DNA from: Trichoplax sp. H2 | Taxonomy: Eukaryota | Assembly: GCA_003344405.1 (NCBI GenBank) | Contig: NOWV01000224.1 | Span: forward strand, 1 to 64,000 | Length of the DNA stretch: 64,000 nt | Reading direction: 5' to 3' | Part shown: one piece after another, positions 28,594-41,984 of the stretch | How positions within the stretch are numbered: position 1 is the stretch's first letter | Layout of the letters: every line of letters begins with the position of its first letter | Position numbers and translations under genes: made by a program | The notes under the pieces: generated by a model | The model's database searches: none | Told to the model about the DNA's origin: nothing | What the model saw: the letters and a program-made list of their open reading frames with translations, nothing else

Positions 28594-30339
28594 ATGCTAA
28601 TTTGACTTTTGCTTGTAAAGTAGATCAATCGATACATCTGTAATGAATTGTCAACAATTTTATAGATATTGTCAGTCGATCTGTCTATCTTTTATGTTAT
28701 GACGATATACGACAATTTTGATAATTGCAGTCCTAAAGGAAGGGAAGATTTTGCGTGTCACTTAGCTTGTTTGGCATCTGGCTAGACGGATTATACTCGT
28801 CGATATTAAAATGCGCGCATAATATTGTGTATGTGCTTGTAGCGCATATTGGAGTTAAATAATTCTAGTTTGAGATCATACGTGTATGATCCATTTTAAT
28901 AGAGAAAGATCGATGTCAATTTATAAGTATTTCAATTATTTACATCCCAATGAATAGATATAATATGCTGTATCCCATTTCTTTCTTATGCGGTACACTT
29001 GGTCGTAATACTCAATGCTAGTTTTCTACTTTGAAATTGAGCTATCAACTATGAATTCCATCATTATAGTTACTATAGCTAAAAACAAAGCTAACCATAG
29101 AGCTCACTATAAAATTTGTACTGCTATCGACAAGGGCTTATTATTGTTATTATTTATATATTTATTCTATTTTGAAGTTGCGTTATACAGCATGCCAATA
29201 GTACTATATCTCTATTCTTTATCAATTGCGATGGCTTCGAATTTGATTGCTGTACGTGATTAACAAAGTATTGGATCATTTTGAAAGGGGAAAAAATATT
29301 TTATCATTTATAAAGAAGAAGATATAGAGTATTCAATTTAATATCAGCTGCCCTATTTTATTATTAACGTGTGTTCGGCTCGATTCTATTGCGCTCTACG
29401 TACAGTTATAATAACACTATTTCAAAGCGAATACGTCTAGCGAAATGAATTGCTACTTGAGATCGTTTGTACGTATCTCAGCTTTTTTTATAGTACGACG
29501 TTCTACTGTCTTGATTAAGCTTAAGCTTTTAGCATGAATTCTTTTATTAACAGCAGTATTCAATTATGATGTGCTAACAAATAAATTACGATGGTATTGA
29601 TGAAATTTTTTCTGTTGTCGATTGTCTAAGTTGATGAAATGACGAAATTATTGTGCACTTGTACAGTCCAATTGTTTTTGGAATTAGGCTGAGGTTAAAA
29701 TTAGCAAGGTATTGTGAAAATTGGATGTTGTATTTAAGATTTTGTATGATTTATTAATACGCCTAATAGGTTTATATAGCGAATAGTTTGTAGAAGGGAA
29801 CGCATTCTGACATCGGATATTTCCCACCGCAATGAAATTTAGACTGCATTCCCGTTTTACGACGAGTATGACGAAGCTAGTTGTGTTCAATTGCAGTCTC
29901 TTGGAATAGTATTACATTAGTATCGACGCATACAGCGTTTATGGCCCATCTAAAATGTTGCAAAGAAACTCTTTCCACGTAGTAACGGCAATTTGTTCGG
30001 TCTTTTAACTGTATACGGCCTATAATGATGCTAGCATTTTGGAGTCTAGATAGTACAGTACAATAGAATTCTACATAAAGTATGACCACTGTGATATTCT
30101 ACGAGTTGAAGATACTGGCCGTTTCGATTTTGAGGTTATCGATATACACAAAGTACAGTATGATGAGTTAGTCAAGTGCGTAAAATAAGTATCCCCTCCA
30201 GGAATACTGGCCGATTAACTTTTAACCTAATTATAGTCTCTTTAAAAGTCTAAATAGTGCATATTAGGACTGTACCCAGGTTTACTGCATATGGTTATGC
30301 AGTAAATTATATATGTAGGCCAAGTAGCATTAGTCGTAT

Positions 30340-31900
30340 TTTAGGTGTAGCCGTTCAACTCTCTTTATACATTCAATATCATGTAGAGTACAAACTGTGC
30401 CAATATGCAAAGTATCACCGGTGGGATATTCTACTCATCGGAATACCAGCCGTTGGACTTTTGAAGTAGATATAATATGTTATCAAAGTACTTATTTAGG
30501 AACTGAAATACAGCGGGAAATCCTACTTCTAGGTGTAGTCATTCAATTTTTCTGAATAGCAGCATGGACTACTAGATACTATACTGTATGGTATAGTATC
30601 TAGAAGTCCATGATAGCAGTCATTCAATATCATGTGGAGTCTAAACAGTGCCTGTCCGCAAAATATCATCGGTGAGATATTCTACTTACCGCAATACTAG
30701 CCGTTGAACTTTTAAGTAGTAGACATAATAATACGCATAGTCGTCTATTTAGGAATTGAAATACAGTGGGAAATTCTTCGTATAGGCGTAGCCATTCGAC
30801 TCTTGTGTATACTAGTCATTCATAATTCATTCAAGATAATATGGAGTCCAAATAGCGCCTGTACTCAAAGTATCACCAGTGGGATATTTTACTCATCGTA
30901 ATACTAGTCGTTGGACTTTTAAGTAGGCATAATAATACACGTACTATTCTATTTAGGAATTGAAATACAGTGGGAAATTCTTCATCTAGGTGTAGCCATT
31001 CGACTCTTGTGTATACTAGTCATTCATAATTCATTCATTCAATATAATGTGGAGTCCAAATAGTGCCTGCACTCAAAGTATCACCAGTGGGATATTTTAC
31101 TCATCGTAATACTAGTCGTTGGACTGTTAAGAGGACATAATAACACGCGTACTAGTCTATTTCGAAATTGAAATACAGTGGGAAATTCTTCGTATAGGTG
31201 TAGCCATTCGATTCTTGTGTATACTAGTCATTCATAATTCATTCAATATAATGTGGAGTCCAAATAGTGCCTGTACTCAAAGTATCACCAGTGGGATATT
31301 TTACTCATCGTAATACTAGTCGTTGGACTGTTGAGTAGACATAATAACACGCGTACTAGTCTATTTCGAAATTGAAATACAGTGGGCAATTTTACGTATA
31401 CTAATCGTTGGACTTTTAAGTAGATATAATAACACGCGTAATAGTCTATTTAGGAATTGATATTAGTACAATTCCGCAAAGAAAGACGAATGGGAAATTC
31501 TACCTGTAGATGTAACCGTTCGACTCTTCTGTACAGTAGTCATTAATAATATAATTTGGACTTTTTAAGTAGATGTACCGTATCATAACACGCGTAATAG
31601 TCTATTTAGGAATTGATGATATTCATGCATTTCCGCAAAGTAAGACAAGTGGAAGATTCTATGTGTAGGTTTAGCTGTTTGACCCTTTTGTATAGTAGTT
31701 ATTAATAATATGAAGTCCAAACAGTGCCACTACGCAAAGCATCATCCGTTGGATATTCTACCCCTGGGAATACTAGCCGTTGGACTTTCAATTCGATATC
31801 ATAATAGGCGTCAAAGTTTATTTAGGAATTGAAACAGTCCATTTCCGCAAAGTAAGACGAGTGGGAAATTGTACTGTACTTGTTGTCGTTAGACTCTTGC
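30340..31900. repeat. Tandem repeat, about 205-bp unit, roughly 7 copies with degenerate edges
   Basis: The AGTATCACC.GTGGGATATT.TACTCATCG core at about 30411, 30869, 31078 and 31281, plus variants; AATTGAAATACAGTGGGAAATT recurs. Confidence 0.93.
30563..30612. mobile_element. 50-bp TIR-only non-autonomous element or excision footprint with 7-bp TSD (P-superfamily-like ends)
   Basis: CATGGACT-A-CTAGATACTATAC-TGTATG-GTATAGTATCTAG-A-AGTCCATG: 22-bp inverted arms with one mismatch, flanked by ATAGCAG at 30556-30562 and 30613-30619. Absent from sibling units of the surrounding tandem repeat. Confidence 0.8.
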
Positions 31901-32569
31901 GTCTAATAATGAATAATCTACACGTATTGGTCTCATCTTAATTCATAGTAAGTGATGGAGGAGTCTCCATAGTACCTACTCGTCTACGCAAAGTAACACG
32001 AGTGCAGTCATCATCCTCTTCCAATCTAGCATCATTTTCTACTTCAAGTGTTTGTGTAATTGTGTCAACGGCAAACTAAGTCCATTATCGCCGAGTCATC
32101 TAACCCTCCATCTGCAAAAGTACTCCATTGAGGATCGAGTAAGCTATTAGCGAAATAGGACGAGTGGGATCTATTGCAGTTCCTCTGAGTGAGTGTTGAT
32201 CAATGGCTGGGTGACCTATTGTTCTGGCAATCAAGTTCACAAGTTTGACCTAATGGAGGCGCTGAGAGGTTTACCCTATCGTTTACCTCTTGGAATTTGA
32301 CCTGGAAATGCAATACTGGCCCCCAAGTGTCTGAGTGCATCCTATAGACTTGTGGCCTGCATTCGTCAGCGATCATCTAGTAGGGTTTCCATTCATCAAT
32401 AATCATTTTCTCTCTACCCACTATTTGTGGTCTCCATTTTTTTTTTTCCCTTGTCCCTGCTCCCTTTGACTCCACTGTGCAGCGCGTCATTTTACGATCA
32501 AGCGACGGCACATGGTAGAGTGAAGGTTGTATGAGAGGGTGATGTGTAATGCCGACTGAATGCCCATAC

Positions 32570-32650
32570 AGTACTGTACTGTACACTGTACAGTCCTAAT
32601 CACTGTACTGTATTGTACTGTACTGTACTGTACTGTACTGTACTGTACGA
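32570..32650. repeat. (ACTGT)n pentanucleotide microsatellite
   Basis: CACTGTACTGTATTGTACTGTACTGTACTGTACTGTACTGTACTGTAC. Confidence 0.92.
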
Positions 32651-32944
32651 TGTGCTTATTATTAATGAATTAATCATGAATGAATTCTTCCGATATTAAC
32701 TATACTGTACAGTGTACTGTGTCCAGTATGTTGATAGATAAAGAACACTATTAAAGCCTTAATTAATTAAAATCCTGTTTTTCCATACCTGAAAACAATC
32801 AACACATTGTACTGTACTAAGCAGTCTACATTATACAACAGCGACTACGAAAGGGAGATTTTCCCTTTTAGTAGTCCTTGTTCCACATTCACTGTACAGT
32901 ACAGTACAATGGGTTTTTTTTCCAGGTCACACGAAACCAGAGTG

Positions 32945-33780
32945 TCACACTGTACTGTGGGTCACTGCGTTGTAGCGTCACTGAGTGTACAGCGACACTA
33001 GTCACACTACAACTGTAGTGACTACTGTACACTACTGTACAGTACACTCACTCTCACTCTTGTCATACTGTACAGTACCAGACTGTGTGCAGTACTGCAG
33101 TAGCACTGCTGACGATACGATGTCATGCCATCCAATGTCCTACCGTCCATGGCTGCACGTACTCACACAGTACTGTGGGTCACTGCGTTGTACTGCATTG
33201 TAGTGACTACATACAGTACAGTACACACAGGACGTACAGTACTTTACACTCACTCTCACTCTTGTCATACTGTACTGGACTGTGTGCAGTACAGTACTAC
33301 CGTAGCACTGCTGACGATACCATGTCATGCCATCCAATGTCCTACCGTCCATGGCTGCACGTACTCACACAGTACACTGTGGGTCAATGCGTTGTAGACT
33401 TGTAGTGTCACTGAGTGTACAGTGACACTACAACTGTAGTGACTACTGTACAGTACTGTACTGTACACACAGGACGTACAGTACTTTACACTCACTCTCC
33501 CTCTTGTCGTACTGTACGGGACTGTGTGCACTGTGCAGTAGCACTGCCGACGATACCATGTCATGCCATCCAATGTCCTACCGTCCATGGCTGTACGTAC
33601 TCACACAGTACTGTGGGTCACTGCGTTGTAGTGACTACTGTACACACAGGACGTACAGTACTTTACACTCACTCTCCCTCTTGTCGTACTGTACGGGACT
33701 GTGTGCACTGTGCAGTAACACTGCCGACGATACCATGTCATGCCATCCAATGTCCTACCGTCCATGGCTGCACGTACTCG
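32945..33780. repeat. Tandem repeat, about 4 copies of 177-235 bp, rich in GTAC/ACTGT
   Basis: CCAATGTCCTACCGTCCATGGCTG.ACGTACTC at about 33132, 33335, 33570 and 33747. Confidence 0.93.
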
Positions 33781-36700
33781 TGAAAGGAAGGGCTGCAATT
33801 AAAAGACTGTTTGCGCGACCGCTTCCTTTCCATTCTTCATTATTAGGATTAGAATAAATTACAAGGCAAGCCCAAAGGGAACACAAGCCATTTTTTTCCC
33901 TTATTAATTGATTGAAAATCAACAAGAGATCCTGAAAATAAGGTAAGCTAATGGAGGGATAGATCGTGTTGAGCCCACCGAGGCAATTGTTTTTCTTTCG
34001 CTTGAAAACGGTCTTGCACGGTCAATTTTTCAATGGACTACGTAGTGCGTAGTGTAAAATGACAGACAGGAGAAAGAAAAAATGCAAAGGTGCTCTCGAA
34101 CTGACTGTGTAAGGTCGTTGACGATTTGAAAGTTGCACCATGTAATTGGGGCTATGTGGCTGGCTTTCAAGGAGAGTTTATACAGTAGTCAGAAATTCTC
34201 CCTTGGCAGGTCTAGTCAAGGGAGTGCTTTCCACATTTTTTTTTCTCCTTTTTTGGACTCGACAATGGATGTCATCTGATTCATGAACAGTGGTGAAGGT
34301 CTTAAGCTGAGTCCATGTTGCGTTTAGTAGCAGGATGCATAGGTAGACTAAGAATTTCATGTGATCGATTTGGCTGGTATTCATGCTCCTTGATTTGGGG
34401 TAAGGTGATGATGCAGTACATCATCATGCAATGATCTCGACAAGAACAATCAACTTATCCAACACCTAGCTCGTAAGACTTGGCGTACTTGTTTGCTAAC
34501 TTGTACAATATTTCACTCTATGGACAATAGTGTACGCTACTCCCATTTTAAACTCCCTTATTATCCAGCATTGCAAGTACAATCAAACCATTTTTTTTAT
34601 CCCATGCAATATCGTAGCAACATGGAAAAACTAGCTCATGTGTTGTACCCTAGCGATCAGTCATCGGATGCACCGCTAGTTCTCTTCTCTCTTCATACTG
34701 CTACTTGTGAATGAGCAATCACCAATACGTCATGACTGAGAAGGAGAGCATGTGGAAAGTATTGCACAAATGCATTCATTAGAAATGATGCTGTCACCTT
34801 TTCTTCCTTTAAAACCATCAATAAGCCATCGTGTCCAGCAGTAGTGGCATGAATAATCAAAAATTCCTATGCTTTTCCACACAATCACTACACTGTAAAG
34901 TACTATAGTGTATAGTATTCGCACATTTCAATATCCTCACGGATAGATCTTCTATTGGTTAATGTCGATTCCTCGAAATAACGACGAGATTAGGACCTAT
35001 CAAGTGTAAAATAAATAAATAAATAAACAATCAAATAAAGATATGGCCAATCCATCGACTGTATCTATACTACAATATTTTTCCTACCATAACAACGTGC
35101 AACCGCCTCATTCCTCTACAATACATTATCATCAACGGAGAATGTCAGTTGGAATTTAAGAATGGACAAACTCGCCTGTACGATCCTCATGCAGCAATAG
35201 TCTAGACCATTACAGGCTAGCTAGTACGTTGTACTGGTGTATGCTAGAATCTCTAGGGCTACCTCTATCGTCGATCATCATCACACATCTGCTTGCACTT
35301 TGCTAATGAGGGAATTGATCTAATCTTGATCAATGCCCTCGCAAAGGACTCTTTAGTCATACCGCATTTGATGATCAAGTTCATTCAATTCTACTGACTC
35401 TCTGGATCGCTATACAAATAACATTTTCAAACTAGAATCAACCATTTCTAGCCCTACACCATCACAGAACTTACAACTAGACATGGATTTATGCTTAAAC
35501 TGATAATCATCATGGCGCTCAGTAAGCAAACTATGGATAATTATTTATCATTAACTTCAGTCTGCCTTTTTCAACGCCCACTCAGCTTGGCTATTAACAC
35601 TCTTCTGGATATTGTCTACGGATAGAAATATTATTCTAATGGATGTTATAGCGAGGGGCTTTCTACTCCAGTAGACGTTGCCATCACCACGGCTAGTTCG
35701 AGATTGAATAATTACTGTACAGATGATGGATTACTAGCTGGGTCGAGCCGACATTGGCTCATAGACCATTGCTGTGATTGATGCGGAAAGAGAGTCGCGA
35801 TCGCTTGCGATGACTAGACGTCTCGGAATATTGTACTTAGCCTAGTAGAAATTTTATACTATACCGACTTGACTGATCTCTTGCTTGCGCCTATAAATCC
35901 TGACAGTAGAGAGTACATTTACAAGGCAACTACCATCATCCTGCCAACTCCAACGTGAAAATCCGCAACTATTGTGTCGCAATTTTCGCTAGGAGCATCG
36001 TCATTATCCATTTTGATTGATGATAACGACTAAATTTGTATGATTGGCAAACAGCCGGCAATTCTTTCTAATTCATTAAACATATTAAGCCGAGTGATCA
36101 AAAGCTTAAAATTTCCCATTTTCGTCATGCATTTTAATCAAGCGGCACCATAGTGTAATTGAAATAATACAGGATACTGTATAATACAGTATACTGCTCT
36201 AGTCCTGAATACTGTCCAAGACAATTGTTGTTTCATTAATTAGAAATTAAACTTGAGTTAGTGAGCGTTTGGCAAAGATTTTTTTTAAATTCATTTCCTT
36301 TATCATATCGAAGACTACTCATCACCTCGTGCAGATATTTTTAGCCAAAAATTGGGCCATGTTTATATGGCGACATTTTCAGCAAAGTTTTACCATATTG
36401 CTTGGAGGCATTGTTTAGTAAAGTTTTGCGATGTCGCATGGGACATTTTCAGCCAAGTTTGAGACTTGCATGGAAACATTTTCAGCAAAGTCTTACCAAG
36501 TGATTCGATGGCTGATGATAATAATGATTATTAAAATGATGTCCTGTCAAGGTTACCATTTTTGAACTCTTTTGTATTGGTACAGTACTAAAGTAGCTAA
36601 AGGAATACTACAAGATCGAAAAATGATCGGTCAAATAGTAAATCATCCATGATCGAGTCACGCGTTAGTTAAGCACTCTACTAGGGATAGCTGATTGTGT

Positions 36701-37466
36701 CGATTGATTTTGCCCAACAATTTTTCTACCCACCATTCGACATTTGTAGCTTTCATTGTAAAGCATAGCCATATGAGTAATTACACTGCCAAATACAGTA
36801 TACTGTAGTAGTTCAAATTACGATCATATCAAGGAACTCGCTAAATAATATGACCGATTTCTTTATTTCATGTACAGAGTTCAATTAATCTGCAACGCAT
36901 TAATCATTGGTCAGAGAATTTGAAGGTGAATTTCTTATCCTTCTAAACTTGTGTCTTACTGATAAATGGCATAAAAATAGAGCAGGTATGGTAGAAGTCC
37001 GTATGCGGGATAAAGATACTATCTCAAAGCCTCAACGATCTCACTCGCATTTAAGGGATACTGTAATACTACAGCCCAATAGGCCAATACGATCGATGCA
37101 CAACAAATATCAGCGACGACTAAACTTTTCCTAGTCCCTACAAATAGTCAATTTCAGGAAAAAACCCAATGTAGCAATCTTTACGATTCTTTTATTGTGG
37201 AAGAAGAGTTTAGATCTGAGCAGCTGACGTAATCAGCAAGCTTTATTGTACTGTACGTACTAATTTAAAATAAATAATTTGTCCACGTACTTTGCAGTAC
37301 TATAGCCTGGTAGTAACCGTATAAATTTATAAAATTTCAAAACCTACAAAACAAGAATTGAATCTTGTCCAATGCTATATTATGACAAAATAAATAATAA
37401 TCATTGAAAGCTTTTTTTATTTTTGGGATAGAAATGATAATTTATTTTGTTTTTATTGTAGTCATT

Positions 37467-40400
37467 ATGAAACCTGGTGAAGGAAGTAATAATGGTACAT
37501 CGGCAAGTAAAGAAGCTGGAGACAAGCAATGCACAGGTATCAATAAATTATGGTAGAAATAAGTTCACTACATTGAAGTTACAATTGATCTATCAAAACT
37601 GATAATTAATGATTTCGATATATTGTCCACCTGAGCCGCGATAGAGTATTTCTTCCTATTATACGAGTATACGTATTCAATATCGATTTCTGTACATAAC
37701 TACTGCACTGAAATTATTTATAGTATGGTATCTCAGCTTTGTAATTGCGCAATTATGGTTGCAACAAACTGAATTTATTACGCTTAAACTCTACAGTACA
37801 CCAGGGAACGTTAACATAAACTTTTTAATCCTTACTATAGCTAGTTGTTGCACTGAAATTCATCATAGTATGGTATCTCTGCATTATAATTACGCAGTCA
37901 TGGTTGCCACAAACTGAGTATATTACGTTTGAAATCTACACTGTGATTGTTAGCAAATATTTAGGTTTTGAACCTACACGTATACAATGCATACATGCAA
38001 TGTACTGAATTGTTTCACCTATTTTACGATTGGCAGTCGTTACGCTAATTGACTATTTGAATTAAGAATAGTTTGATCATACGAGTTAATGTAAACAGTT
38101 GTCGGGTCAAAATATTCTTATTTCGTGTAAGGATGAACTTATTATTCTCTATGGATGCTCTACATGATACTGTACAAGTTTAGTTCTTCAACAATTAGAA
38201 ATGTCATTTAATGCGTCTCGGATAATTCTCACATTAACTGTAGTCTGTGATTACTAGTGTATTAAAGAAATAATTAATAACTTGCCATTTTTCACCATAA
38301 TTCGTGTCAACAGTATCTTCTTGGTACAGCAATATACACTATTTAATTTCCATCGCTTGTAATAGACCCTAACCTATGCTGTAATGTTGACTGGTGAATT
38401 ATTACTTACTAAATTTATAGAGTCTATGCCTCCCTCAATTAAACATTTGTATGCTGGACAAACAATATTTATAACTGGCGTATCTGGTTTCCTTGGCAAG
38501 GCATTGTTGGAAAAATTGTTACGTGTTGCACCCAATATAGAAAGGATTTATGTTTTGCTCAGACCTAAGAAAGGTCAACAACCCACAGAAAGATTGAAAA
38601 CTATTCTACAAACTAAGGTGATAATTTCATGCATCCCTATGAAGGAATATATACTTAATTGATAATTCGTTTAGAAAGGATGCTCTTAATTATTCTGGAG
38701 TTGTATAAATGTATAAATTAACGGCAGTCTATTAATAAATTGGTAACAGCATATGTTACTACTAACCAACTAGAACAATGCAATTTTAACTAGGAATGTA
38801 TTACTATAGTACTAGAAGTATTATCTACTTTAATGTAGTAACGTATAATATTTTAAATTATAAACCTTGATAATAAAATAGAATTGAGTTTAGCCTGCTA
38901 CTAGTGCCAGTAGACCTATTTCATTTAAGATAGATACGTACGTATGAACTAAATTAGCACAAGTTGTTACTGAAAGCTGTATTATTTCATCGATTACGGT
39001 ATGGGATTGTGCATGGTATCATTTGACAAACTTTGAGAATGAAGCGTAAGAACATATAATTCCTACGTTCACTTGTATTAATTAAAATACATAGGATGAC
39101 AACTATTGAAAAATACCCGTATAATGAGTAATAGCAACGGCTGAGATACATAATTTTATGTACTGTCTATATTTTTAGCTCTTTGACAGCATTAGAGAAG
39201 CTTCACCAAACTTCACTGAGAAGGTTATTCCAATATTTGGCGATATTACACTTGAAAATTATGGTATATGTGAATCCGACTTGTGTGATATAATTGCAAA
39301 CACAGACATAGTGTTTCATGTAGCTGCTACAATCAAATTTGATGAACTACTACGGTAAATGTGGCATCATACAGCGGTATTAATTTATTAGATAAATACA
39401 GTACTTGGCTGGATTTTATATGTTTGGATTGACTACAGGCAAAGTTGTGATGTATTTTTTATACGAGTTTTCACAATTATCAAAGCAAAGTACTAGACAG
39501 ATATAGAACATATCTTTATTTCATTAGTGAAAGATGAGTGTAGAGTGATAAATTGTAGATTGTTATGCTTATAAATGTAGCGAAATACTTCTTGCACTGC
39601 TATTATCGTAATGAAGTCTCATATGCATATTTTGTAAAGACATATAGCTAAACAATCTTAGTATAAATTGTAGACTGTAAACCTATGAAGTAATGTAAAG
39701 TTGTGTTGCTATCATCCTATTTAAGTCTAATATTTTTAATTTGTGCCCTCTTAGCAAATCTATTTTGCAAAATGTAGTAAGCGTTCAAACTATGATCCGG
39801 ATTTGTAAACGAATGCCCAAATTAAAGGTATTATACTGCATGAATTTGACAATTTATGATGTAACATTTGTCACTATTGAATATATGTGCACAATATTTA
39901 CGTGCTCAATACTTGCAGCAGCTTATAGTAACAGTTGTAACACTCAGTAATCTTTATATCCATCACCCTGTACGAGTATTTATGATAGAATTATAGTCTG
40001 CTTAGTTAATAGTTAGTACTTAGGAAAGCATCAATACTTCATTTGAACGACCTATATAGATTTATTTTTAACTTTAACCTATTACTATTTCTGCTATAAC
40101 AAGAGCTATGTGCACGTATCTACGGCCTTTTGCAATACGGATAAAGAAGTAATTGAAGAAGTCATATATTCAGATATCGTTCCACCTCAAAAATTAATTG
40201 ATGCAATGAGGTATAAAATTTTCTCAAACATTATTCAGTTATAATGATTTTAATATCGATGTGCTTTACCTAAACTTAATAGCCGTACTCTATGGAATAA
40301 GATCAGATAATATATTAATTGTTTTAATTTGATAGTTGGATGGACGACGACATGATAAGCCAGGTAACACCAAAATTATTGGGAAGACTACCAAATACCT

Positions 40401-41984
40401 ACACATTTACTAAGAAATTAGCTGAGATTGTTATCGCTACGGAAGGTTTAAATCTTCCAATAGCCATTGTTAGACCTTCTATAATTGGAGCTTCTTGGAA
40501 AGAGCCTGTTTCTGTAAGTACATATTTTAATTGCTATGTCCAACAACGATGACCCTGGTATTGATATTTAGTATTCACCTCAGGGATGGATAGACAATTA
40601 TTATGGTGGGACAGCAGCGATGCTTTTGGTTCGTAAATACAGAAACATTACATTTAACTGAGCATAAAGAAAGTCGAATAATAGTTTGTTGATGATAATC
40701 TGATAATCTCGATTAGGTTGCGAAGGGCTTACTACGTCGAATTGTTGCCAAAGAGAAATGCAAAGCTGATTTAGTTCCAGTCGACTATACTGTCAACATG
40801 CTTTTAGCTGCTTGTTGGCATGCAGTGCATGCTTCGAAGCAGCAGACTCCTTTAATCTACAACTGTTGTAGTTCGCCAGACAATCCTTTTGTATGGGGGA
40901 GTTGGTTATCTTTAACCCTGAAGAATTCCTATGAATTTCCACATGATCAAGTATTTAGAATGCCATCTTGTTCAATGAATGGCGAAACCAAGTAAGTACT
41001 ACGAATCGATGTAGTATACTTCAGAAATTGGAGTAAGTGCATATTCATCAGCCAGTGAGTTCCATATTGGACTCACGGTTACTCAAAACTTTCGTTTTCT
41101 ATCTGTAGCCGATTTCATCTATTTATGCAACACTGGGTTCCGGCATACATTGTGGATGCATGGCGTTTTGTGTGTGGCAAAAAACCAAGGTATAACTGCA
41201 AAAAGTAGACTTTTATATTTTTTGTTTTATGCAGCAAAGTATTAATTTACCATCAAATTGATTAACCATTTACCTTTTAGGTTAATAAATGAGTATGATC
41301 GCATTCACAGATCTATGACTGCCTTTGAGTATTTTACGTGCACAGAATTTAAGGTATTACTACTAACTATACAAGTGAAATTATTTTAATGGTTGGTGAT
41401 CTTTTATTTTGATATTGATTCGCAATAAGAGTGATTTTTGGTTTACAGTGGACTAACAAGAATGCTAAAAAACTGTGGCAAACTATGACACCAGAAGATC
41501 ATAAGGTAAATTTTTTGTGCTCTTATGCTCTAATACTTCTACTATGTAACATTAATCAGCCAGTAAATTGTATGATTTTCTGATAGTATTATAGAAAATT
41601 TAGTCTCTCCTTTCCTATTATTTTCTAGGAATTTCCATTCGATTTCACTGAACTGAATTGGGAATCATATATCTCGAATTATTGTATTGGTATTAAAAGA
41701 TATTTAATGAATGAAGACTTATCTAACCTTCCTCAAGCAAAAAAGAAAATGGCTAGGTAAATTTTATATTTTAAAAGCTTTAGAATTTGCACAGTATCTG
41801 TAAAATGATGATTTATAACCTTTTGTTTAGGCGACAACATATACGATGGGGTACTTATGCTCTTCTTGTCTTCATAATTTGGCGCGTCATATTTTCAAAA
41901 TCGATGTGGGATAAGTCGTTATGGCTTTCTCGTATAAATACATACCTTAAAACAACGAGGACTTTACTACTGATATCACCATAA
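37467..41984 (+). CDS. FAR: Fatty acyl-CoA reductase (FAR1/FAR2 family; NAD(P)H-binding and Sterile domains, C-terminal hydrophobic anchor); 13 coding exons
   Basis: Exons 37467-37536, 38421-38617, 39179-39354, 39755-39827, 40104-40210, 40336-40513, 40584-40628, 40717-40991, 41109-41189, 41281-41353, 41449-41505, 41629-41756, 41831-41984. Motifs [38 protein letters not shown] (YxxxK), IVRPSII, DLVPVD. The first exon is less certain; an alternative start is the Met at 38426. Confidence 0.92.
37701..37941. repeat. Direct duplication of about 95 bp (period about 145) in the first FAR coding intron
   Basis: TGCACTGAAATT.....ATAGTATGGTATCTC...ATGGTTGC.ACAAACTGA occurs twice. Confidence 0.8.

Noticed and set aside
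32807..33857. Cys/His/Thr-rich ORFs resembling metal-binding proteins
   Set aside because: They are translations of the ACTGT-rich tandem repeat, open in several frames on both strands.
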